DNA of 64,000 bases from Gemmatimonadales bacterium. Its GTDB lineage: Bacteria; Gemmatimonadota; Gemmatimonadetes; Gemmatimonadales; GWC2-71-9. Every line of letters begins with the position of its first letter. The first letter of the stretch is position 1. The position numbers were made by a program, and so were the translations under genes. The notes under the pieces are model-generated. The model was given only the letters and a program-made list of their open reading frames with translations, was not told where the DNA came from and did no database searches. Below, one piece after another: positions 26,691-33,627 of this stretch. The stretch is from the NCBI GenBank assembly GCA_050733215.1, contig JBOHSN010000006.1:4708-68707 (forward strand). Reading direction: 5' to 3'.

Positions 26691-27353
26691 TTGGCAGTGA
26701 TCGCCAGGGCGGACACCGTCGCCGTGCGCGCGGTCGGGCGTGCGCCCGCCGCCGACCGCCTCGCCGACAGCACCGGCTGGGGGCTGCCGCAGATCAGCCT
26801 GAAGACCGGGCAGGGCACGGCCTCGATATGGCTGCTCCGGGCTGGGGACAGCGTCTACCTGGTCGCTGCGATTCCCGACTCGACGTTCTACTGGGGCGAC
26901 GACCTGGTCGTGAGTCTCGACACCGAGGGCGACCGGGCCGAGACGCCGCAGCACGATGACTTCCAGTGGTATTTCCGCCGGGTGCTCGACAGCAGCGTGG
27001 TGTATCGTGGACGCGCCGGGCAGTGGGGCGAGCCGCAGGGTGATCCCGACTGGCGCCTGGGCCAGGGGCGATCCGGGGCCGGCTGGGACGTGCGGGCGTC
27101 CGAGCGGAGCGGGGGAAGGGGATGGACGGTCGTGCTCCGGCTCGATGCCGGCTGGTTCGGGCTCGGGCGAGGCACGACGCCGGGTCTGGCCATCCGGATC
27201 TACGACGACGCGCCCGGGGGATGGCATGCCTGGCCAGAGCCTCCCCCCGGTACCCCTCCCGCACGGGTGGAACGCCGGCCGGCCCTTTGGAGCTCGGTCA
27301 GACCCAGTGCGTCAGCGGCGTCGTCCGGCGCAGCGCCTCCGGGTGGGCCCTGA
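26691..27353 (+). CDS. Hypothetical protein (CBM9/DOMON-like beta-sandwich suspected); the true start is probably upstream (CTG 26664)
   Basis: This is the ORF-track start (TTG). The in-frame upstream codons read LTAAIVALALAVIARA, a signal peptide with no canonical start codon. The 3' end overlaps the convergent gene by 56 nt. Confidence 0.5.
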   Translation: MAVIARADTVAVRAVGRAPAADRLADSTGWGLPQISLKTGQGTASIWLLRAGDSVYLVAAIPDSTFYWGDDLVVSLDTEGDRAETPQHDDFQWYFRRVLDSSVVYRGRAGQWGEPQGDPDWRLGQGRSGAGWDVRASERSGGRGWTVVLRLDAGWFGLGRGTTPGLAIRIYDDAPGGWHAWPEPPPGTPPARVERRPALWSSVRPSASAASSGAAPPGGP

Positions 27354-28395
27354 ACCACGCCATGATCAGCAGGATTTCGTCAACCGAGTCGAGCGGAAGC
27401 GGCCCCGGCGCCGCGTCCGGCTGCGCCAGCTCGTCCCGCACCACCGCGCGGAACGCCTCGTGCTCGATCGGCGTGTCGGGCCAGGGGAACGACGCCTTCA
27501 CCACGCCCCGCCGGATCAGGTAGACCCGCTCGTCCCCGAACGCACCCGGATCCCGGTACACGAAGGTGAGCAGGTCCACCGCCGTACGGGCCCGGCTAAT
27601 CGCCCCGAAGAGCCATTCCAGGTTCTCGAACCGCTCCCGCCACTTCGCGGCTGCCTCGAACTCCGCCCGCCCCGCCGCGGCCTGCATGGACGCCACCACC
27701 CGGTCGATCGGCTGGATCGTGCGCCCCTCGAGGAACGCCATCGCCGTCTCCACCCGCAGCCGGTAGTCCCACTCCGCCACGAAGCCCGCGCAGGGGCCGC
27801 TGCAGAACCCGAACTCGTGCCGCATGCAGGCCGCGCGTCGCGTTGCATCGAACAGGTCACCCTGTCCCGCGAAAACGATCGGCATGCTGGCCGCGCAATC
27901 CCGGATGCCGAGCAGGTCGCTCAGGGTTCGCACGGCCTCGCCGGTGCGCCCGAGCGAGCGGAAGGGCCCGTAGCAGCGCGCGTCGTCCGCGGCGATGGTG
28001 GTGCCGCAGGTGATGCGGGGCGCCGGCCCGCGCGAGACCTTCACGAACACCGCCCGGCGGGTGCGATTCAGGGCGAGGTTGAAGTGGGGACGGTAGCGGC
28101 GGATCTGGCGGAGCTCGGTAAGGTAGGCGGCGAATTCGCTGGGGACGTAGTCCCACTGGATGTCGTGTGCCGCGTAAAGTATCCGGGCGGCCTTGTCGTC
28201 GGGGTAGCGCGCGCGGAAGTACGTGAGCAGCCGGGCTCGGAGCCGTTTCGCCTTGCCGACGTAGAGAATCTTCCCCGTCGGGTCCACCATCCGGTACACC
28301 GCAGGACGATGCTCCGCCATTCCGCCGACGCGGGTCCGGAGGGCCGCGAGGTCGGCGGCCGGCAACGCGAACTTCATCGCGCGGGAGCGTCTCAT
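27298..28395 (-). CDS. GIY-YIG nuclease with a UVR-like segment (homologue of the N-terminal half of UvrC)
   Basis: AVYRMVDPTGKILYVGKAKRLRARLLTYF (GIY-YIG) and EFEAAAKWRERFENLEWL (UVR-like). There is no C-terminal RNaseH/HhH part. The ATG at 28395 overlaps the mutM stop (ATGA). Confidence 0.7.
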   Translation of the reverse strand: MRRSRAMKFALPAADLAALRTRVGGMAEHRPAVYRMVDPTGKILYVGKAKRLRARLLTYFRARYPDDKAARILYAAHDIQWDYVPSEFAAYLTELRQIRRYRPHFNLALNRTRRAVFVKVSRGPAPRITCGTTIAADDARCYGPFRSLGRTGEAVRTLSDLLGIRDCAASMPIVFAGQGDLFDATRRAACMRHEFGFCSGPCAGFVAEWDYRLRVETAMAFLEGRTIQPIDRVVASMQAAAGRAEFEAAAKWRERFENLEWLFGAISRARTAVDLLTFVYRDPGAFGDERVYLIRRGVVKASFPWPDTPIEHEAFRAVVRDELAQPDAAPGPLPLDSVDEILLIMAWFRAHPEALRRTTPLTHWV

Positions 28396-29216
28396 CGCTG
28401 ACAGCGGTGGCAGAAGACGGTGATGCGCGCGTCGATGGCGTGGGTGCCGGCGAGCCGGGTGCCACAGCGGCGGCACGGCTCACCCTCCCGCCCGTACACG
28501 AGCAGCGCGAGCTGGAAGTTGCCGGGCTCGCCCGTGCCGGTCCGGTAGTCGCGGAACGTCGTTCCCTGCGACGCGATCGCGGCGTCCAGGATGCGCCGCA
28601 CCTCGGCATACACCCGCGTGGTCTCGACGCCATTGAGCGAGCGGGCAGCGCGCGACGGGTCCACTCCGGCCGCAAAGAGCGCCTCGTTCGCGTAGATGTT
28701 GCCCACGCCGGCGAGGTGCCGCTGGTCCATCAGCACCTTCTTCACGGCCTGGCGTGACCGGGCGAAGATCCGCCCGAGCTGCTCGGCGGTGAACGACGGA
28801 TCGAGCGGCTCCGGCCCGATCGCCCGGTCGTAGGCGCGCCAAGCCGCGTCGTCCAGGAGCAGCAGGGTGCCCAGGCGGCGGACATCGCTGTAAATGAGGC
28901 GCCGCGTGTCGTCGAGCTCGGCGGTGAGCACGGCATACCGCTTCTCGCCCGGAGTAAGGGGCCGGTCGTGCACCTGCAGCGATCCCGTCATTCCGGGCTG
29001 GACTACGAGGCGACGGCTTCCCAGATCGAAGACCGCGTGCTTGGCCCGGCGGGCGAGCCCGCGGACGGTCGCGCCGCGAAGCCCACCCAGCAGCCGTCGC
29101 CGGGTGGTCCCGCGGAGCACGTCGTCGTGACTGAGCGATACCGCGCCGAAGGTGCGCCCGACGACGCGCGGACGGAGATCCCTGACGATGGTCTCGACTT
29201 CGGGAAGCTCGGGCAT
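28392..29216 (-). CDS. mutM: Formamidopyrimidine-DNA glycosylase
   Basis: MPELPEVETI N-terminus, H2TH region and a C-terminal zinc finger CRRCGT...CHRCQ. Confidence 0.95.
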   Translation of the reverse strand: MPELPEVETIVRDLRPRVVGRTFGAVSLSHDDVLRGTTRRRLLGGLRGATVRGLARRAKHAVFDLGSRRLVVQPGMTGSLQVHDRPLTPGEKRYAVLTAELDDTRRLIYSDVRRLGTLLLLDDAAWRAYDRAIGPEPLDPSFTAEQLGRIFARSRQAVKKVLMDQRHLAGVGNIYANEALFAAGVDPSRAARSLNGVETTRVYAEVRRILDAAIASQGTTFRDYRTGTGEPGNFQLALLVYGREGEPCRRCGTRLAGTHAIDARITVFCHRCQR

Positions 29217-29268
29217 TGCGGCCCGAAAGCTATCCGAAGCCCGCGTCCGTGTCAGCCCGGATCAGCGC

Positions 29269-29718
29269 TCACGGGTTGACGGTGATCGTGCCAACCATGT
29301 TGGGATGGATGTCGCAGTGATACCCGTACGCACCCGGAGCGGACAGCGTGATCGAATACGTCGCGTTTCCGCCGAGGGAGCCGGACGGCGTGAAGTCGCC
29401 GGCATTGTCGGGCGCGATGTTGTGGGCAGTCGCCGTTCCGGCTACGTAGTCGCCGCCCGTGATGTCGCCGTTGACCCAGCGAATCGCGACCGTGGGGTTC
29501 CCGCCCAGGCTCACGACCTTGGGGTTGGGGCTGAAGGCCGTCGTCGTCTGGGTCGATGCGCCCTCGACGATGCCGATGTCGGTGGTGGTATTCCCCGGCG
29601 GCGGCTGAGGGTTGTTGGGGTTCGGACCGGCGCCGTCGTTGCCGCCGCAGGCTGCGGCGAGCAGCGCCGCGACCAGAACGGCCCGGCTGCCAGCGCGTGA
29701 CGATACGAGAATGGACAT
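29269..29718 (-). CDS. Cupredoxin (type-1 copper, plastocyanin/pseudoazurin-like) lipoprotein
   Basis: Lipobox LLAAACG. The C-terminal ligand set is YHCDIHPNM plus an upstream His (TAHNIAPD). The ATG at 29718 lies within ORF 29269..29883. Confidence 0.75.
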   Translation of the reverse strand: MSILVSSRAGSRAVLVAALLAAACGGNDGAGPNPNNPQPPPGNTTTDIGIVEGASTQTTTAFSPNPKVVSLGGNPTVAIRWVNGDITGGDYVAGTATAHNIAPDNAGDFTPSGSLGGNATYSITLSAPGAYGYHCDIHPNMVGTITVNP

Positions 29719-29889
29719 AGGGGACCCTCGGAACCTCGGGAGAGCGGGACGCAGCGGGACAACCGTCGCCGCGGGGCGAGCCCGTTCATCAGGGGGGCAC
29801 GCATCGCGCCGTGGCGCGGCCGGGCGAGATCCCCTCATTAGTACGACGTTTCGGGCTTCAACGTCCGCACAAGCAACCGGCAACCCGTC

Positions 29890-31263
29890 TCAGAACCGAT
29901 AGCTGATCCAGCTCAGGAAATATCGGACGTCGGCGCCCGGAGGCGTATCGCGGAGGTAGGGGCCCACCGCGCAATGGGTGAGCGTGAGCTGGTAGACGAC
30001 ATTCGGGCTCGGCGTCCAGTCCACCTCGAGCGCAAGCTGCCGCCCGACGGAGCGCGCCCGGCTCGGCCCCCCCGGCCGCTGGGGATTCACGGCGATGCCG
30101 TAGAGCCCGTCGCGCCGGCTGGTCCGCCAGAACAGCGTAAGGCCGCCAACGACCGACAGCCGGGAGCTGACGAAGGCACGAACCGACGGCTGGAGATCGA
30201 TCGAGTTGGCGGGGCCGACGAGGCCCGAGAGGCCGGAGTAGGCGGTGTTGGGGAACAGCGGATTGAAGGTGCCGAGGTCGGCGTCGTCCGGGTCGCGGTC
30301 GCCGCTCGTGACGTCTATCCGCAGGCCCAGCCGGGGGCGGAGCGGCACGCGACGGAGGCGCACGCCGTTGTCGGCCGCCGCATCCCAGGCCCGGATCCGG
30401 CCCGTGCCGAAGCGGCCGAACTGGCCATTGGCCTCGAGGTTGTAGTCCCACGCACCGCGCGCCCCGTTCGCCCGCACGCCCACAGTGTGGCGGAGCTCGT
30501 CCGCGGTGCCCTGGTCGAAGCGCGCGCCGCGCCGATCGAGGCCGATGTAATACGCCGTCAGCGTTCCACCCAGCCCGAGCATATCGCGCCGGATCCACGA
30601 TGCACCCCAGAGGAGACGGGTCGAATCGGCCGAATCGTCGAAGACGCCCCGTTCGACGAGCACCGGGCGCAGTACCCAGAGGGTGCCCCTCGACCGCGAG
30701 GGTCCGAGCAGAACCCGGAGCCCGTCGAAGGTCTGCCGTACGTTCACCATCTCGCGCGCGGACACCAGCCGGGACGAACCGACGTCCAGCTCCTGCCGCC
30801 CGATCCGCACGGCGATCAGGCGATCACTCCCCAGCGACAGTTCACCGAAGGCCTGGTGGAGGTCGAGTCCGTTCTCGTCGAAGGCGCGGGGGCCGCCCGT
30901 CCGGCCGGACGCGAGCGCAGCCTGAAGCTGGACGAACACGCGAAGCCGCTGGCCGACGTGCAGGTCGGCGTGGACCAGATAGCGATGGAGGAGATAGCCG
31001 CCGGCGTCGGGAGGATCGCCGCCAAAGAGCGGGTTGCGGAACTGCTCGTACCGAAGCCGGGTCTCACCGCCAAGGCTTGCCCAGATGCGCCCCGCGCCGT
31101 CGAGCGGCAGATACTTGAGGCGGTCGAGCCGGCCGGTATGGAGGCGCGGATCGCGGAGCGCGCTCCAGTCCTCTTCGTACCTCAGCGCCTGGAATACCGG
31201 CCTCGCGGCGGGCGTCGTATCCTGCCCGGCGGCCGGGGCCGCGGGGAGCATGGCGGCCAGCAC
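29890..31263 (-). CDS. Alginate-export (AlgE-like) family outer-membrane porin
   Basis: 457 aa, beta-barrel pattern, C-terminal ...FLSWISYRF. An RYEEDWS...LKY...RLRYE N-terminal region typical of the family. The N-terminus is uncertain (see findings). Confidence 0.7.
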   Translation of the reverse strand: MLAAMLPAAPAAGQDTTPAARPVFQALRYEEDWSALRDPRLHTGRLDRLKYLPLDGAGRIWASLGGETRLRYEQFRNPLFGGDPPDAGGYLLHRYLVHADLHVGQRLRVFVQLQAALASGRTGGPRAFDENGLDLHQAFGELSLGSDRLIAVRIGRQELDVGSSRLVSAREMVNVRQTFDGLRVLLGPSRSRGTLWVLRPVLVERGVFDDSADSTRLLWGASWIRRDMLGLGGTLTAYYIGLDRRGARFDQGTADELRHTVGVRANGARGAWDYNLEANGQFGRFGTGRIRAWDAAADNGVRLRRVPLRPRLGLRIDVTSGDRDPDDADLGTFNPLFPNTAYSGLSGLVGPANSIDLQPSVRAFVSSRLSVVGGLTLFWRTSRRDGLYGIAVNPQRPGGPSRARSVGRQLALEVDWTPSPNVVYQLTLTHCAVGPYLRDTPPGADVRYFLSWISYRF

Positions 31264-31424
31264 GCCCGCGGCGGTTATGGAGGCGCGGCGGCGCTCGTGC
31301 GTGACGAGTCGCTTGATGACGATTCGGAGTGTGAGGACGGCGGCGAGCGTGGCAATCTGCGGCCAGATATGCGGCCATGACCAGCGCGCCGGCGAGCTGG
31401 ACTGCGCTCGCGAGCTCCGCGGCG

Positions 31425-31790
31425 TCAGGCGGCCTCACGCCGCACCCGAGGCGTGAGATGCGGGCCGCCCGCCAGCTCGCGTCCGAGGAAGTAGTTCAGC
31501 ACGGTCCGGATGGCCATGATGGCCGCGAGCTTGCCCAGATCGTCCCAGGTCGGCGCGAGGGCGGTCCGGATGATGTCGGAGGCCAGCGCCAACTCGAGGG
31601 CGAGCGCGAGCCACTCGCCCAGGCGGCGCCGGACCGCGTCGCGGTCGGCGCCGCGGCCGAGCAGGTCAGCGATGGAATGCCGGGCAACGCGAGCCAGCGC
31701 TTCGGCCACCGCGAAGGCGACCACGAGTCCGGTCGCCAAGTCGACGGCCATGGCGAGCCACCCAAGTACCGTTCCGACGATCGCGAGCAT
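31425..31790 (-). CDS. DUF1622 membrane protein
   Basis: 121 aa with two to three TM segments and a pattern (...ELALASDIIRT...AAIMAIRTVLNYFL) resembling DUF1622. Confidence 0.6.
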   Translation of the reverse strand: MLAIVGTVLGWLAMAVDLATGLVVAFAVAEALARVARHSIADLLGRGADRDAVRRRLGEWLALALELALASDIIRTALAPTWDDLGKLAAIMAIRTVLNYFLGRELAGGPHLTPRVRREAA

Positions 31791-31814
31791 CGGCTGCGTC
31801 TCTCCGGCACGCGC

Positions 31815-32456
31815 TCAGCCGCTGGTGGCGAAGCCGGGGTAAAGCGTCATGCCGCCATCTACGTAAAGGCTGACCCCGTTGACGTAGTCGGACTCGTCGG
31901 ACGCCATCCATACGACCGCCCGGCAGGGGATGACCTCGTGCACCGAGCTCACGCACACGATCTTGCCGGCCGCGCAGGACACCTCCGGCCGCACGCCGCG
32001 CCGCTTGAATTCCCGTACCGCCTCACGGGCGCAAAGAAACTGGCCGGTCAGGTTGACGCCGATGACGAGGCTCCACTGCTCGAGAGTCATCTGGTCCACC
32101 GGCGCATCCTGCTGCAGGCCGGCGTTGTTGACCATGACGTCGATCGTGCCGAGCTCGTCGAGCATGCGGCGGAACATGGCCTGCACCTGGTCCTCGCGTG
32201 ACACGTCGGCCTGGTGGGCGTAGGCCTGGACGCCACCCGCCCGTATGTGATCGACAACCTCTGCGGCCGCCTCCTCGCCGCGGACGTAGTTCACGACAAC
32301 GTCCGCCCCGGCCTCGCCCAGGGCGAGCGCGACCGCCTTGCCGATTCCGGAGTTTGCTCCGGTGACCAGGGCCTTCTGTCCCTTCAATATTTGGCGGACC
32401 TTGCAGGTGGGCATGACGACATCGGGCAGGGCGTCGTCGCGTACGATGGTTGCCAT
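31815..32456 (-). CDS. SDR-family oxidoreductase (glucose 1-dehydrogenase-like) carrying an internal in-frame deletion of the YxxxK region; possibly non-functional
   Basis: TGANSGIGKA, NNAG and SSVHEVIP are present, but the sequence then jumps to ...CRAVVWMASDESDYVNG...DGGMTLYPGF. It is 213 aa versus about 260 for the family. Confidence 0.7.
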   Translation of the reverse strand: MATIVRDDALPDVVMPTCKVRQILKGQKALVTGANSGIGKAVALALGEAGADVVVNYVRGEEAAAEVVDHIRAGGVQAYAHQADVSREDQVQAMFRRMLDELGTIDVMVNNAGLQQDAPVDQMTLEQWSLVIGVNLTGQFLCAREAVREFKRRGVRPEVSCAAGKIVCVSSVHEVIPCRAVVWMASDESDYVNGVSLYVDGGMTLYPGFATSG

Positions 32457-32581
32457 CGGGGTCTCACGGTCGGTGGATAGGGGCGTAATGCCGCTGCCTC
32501 CCGGCCGGTTCCGCCGTCCGAACGTCGCGGCCGGGGACGCGGGTCCCGGCACGGAGCCATGTTGTTGGTGGCGAGGCCGAA

Positions 32582-33166
32582 TCAGATGGCGGCGCGGAGT
32601 CCGAGGTCGCGGGCGGTGGCGGCGAGGCGCTTCCAGAGGAGCCTGCGCCCGCGGTGCAGCCGCGACCGCACCGTGCCCACCGGACACCCGATCGTCTCCG
32701 CGATCTGTTCGTAGGAGAGATCGTCCACGAAGTAGAGCACTGCGACCGTGCGGTACTCGAGGGGAAGCGACGCAAGCGCCGCCTGCACCGCCTGGAGGTC
32801 CATCGTGCCGAGGACGGCAGTGGCCGCGTCCGACCCGTCGGCGGCCCAGCGGGCGTCGGCCGCGGTGCGGTCCCCGCTCTCGCCGTCCTCCGCGACCAGC
32901 GGCACCGTGATTCCGCGCCGCCGCTCGGCGCGACAGCGGGTGAGAAACACGTTGACCACGATGCGCTGGAACCAGGCCCGGAAGTTGGTGCCCGGCTCGA
33001 AACTCTCGAAGCTGCGCCAGGCGAGCAGCGACGCCTCCTGCACGATGTCTTCCGCGTCCGCCGTGTTGCGCGCGAGGTGGTACGCCGCGCGGTATGCCGG
33101 CTCGAGCACCGGCTGGAGCAGCCGCTCGAAGGTGCTGGTTCGGGTTTCCTCAGCGGGGGGCGTCAT
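32582..33166 (-). CDS. ECF-type sigma-70 factor
   Basis: Last 194 aa of ORF 32582..33922. Region 2 DAEDIVQEASLLAWRSF...FRAWFQRIVVN and region 4 LPLEYRTVAVLYFVDDLSYEQIAETIGCPVGTVRSRLHRGR. The ATG at 33166 overlaps the STAS stop (ATGA). Confidence 0.85.
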   Translation of the reverse strand: MTPPAEETRTSTFERLLQPVLEPAYRAAYHLARNTADAEDIVQEASLLAWRSFESFEPGTNFRAWFQRIVVNVFLTRCRAERRRGITVPLVAEDGESGDRTAADARWAADGSDAATAVLGTMDLQAVQAALASLPLEYRTVAVLYFVDDLSYEQIAETIGCPVGTVRSRLHRGRRLLWKRLAATARDLGLRAAI

Positions 33167-33429
33167 GCGAGCTCCTTGCTCAGCAACTCCCGGATGAGCG
33201 GGGTGCAGTCCACGATCTCGATACGGTCCTGCGGCAGATGGCGAAGCAGCTCCAGCCCGGCGGCGTCCAGGTATACCACGTCGCGGAAGTCCAGTTGGAT
33301 CCGGGCGCCCTCGTCGAGCACCCGGCGCAGCTCCTGGCCCAGCACGGGCAGCGTGGTCTGGGTGATGACCCCCTCGACTTTGAGGCGGATCAGCTCGGGC
33401 TCGGTCGTGACGTTCGTGAGTCTCAGCAT
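33163..33429 (-). CDS. STAS-domain protein (anti-sigma-factor-antagonist fold) lacking the phosphorylatable serine
   Basis: 88 aa. LDFRDVVYLDAAGLELL aligns with the SpoIIAA/RsbV motif D(S/T)(S/T)GL, but with Ala-Ala. Confidence 0.7.
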   Translation of the reverse strand: MLRLTNVTTEPELIRLKVEGVITQTTLPVLGQELRRVLDEGARIQLDFRDVVYLDAAGLELLRHLPQDRIEIVDCTPLIRELLSKELA

Positions 33430-33459
33430 GTTTGGTCCGTGGGTTCGCCCACGAGTAAA

Positions 33460-33475
33460 AGCACCCCGCGTGCCA
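33460..33475 (-). promoter_or_regulatory. Candidate sigma54 (-24/-12) promoter for the STAS-ECF sigma operon
   Basis: The minus strand reads TTGGCACGCGGGGTGCT, against the consensus YTGGCACGrNNNTTGCW. GG and GC have canonical spacing. The GC is 32 nt upstream of the ATG at 33429 and the site is about 150 nt downstream of the stop of a sigma54-activator gene. Confidence 0.55.
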
Positions 33476-33627
33476 AGCGGACGACCCGCCGGGTACAGCG
33501 TGACAACATGTTGAAGGGATTTGGCTTAGGTGACGTATCCGAGCGACGGCCGCTCGCCAAACGCACTCGGGGTCCCAAAAAGTTGGGAATCTCCCACGTC
33601 GATCTCCGGGGGAATTTGGGAGGCGAC

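Noticed and set aside
32457-32581. GGTTCC ... AACGTC pair as an ECF-type promoter for the SDR gene
   Set aside because: On the coding (minus) strand the CGTT-like element precedes the GGAAC-like element, which is the wrong order and orientation.
33541-33560. GC-rich palindrome CGAGCG-GCCGT-CGCTCG as the intrinsic terminator of the giant regulator gene
   Set aside because: It has only a 6-bp stem and no U-tract on the minus strand. It may be part of the enhancer region instead.
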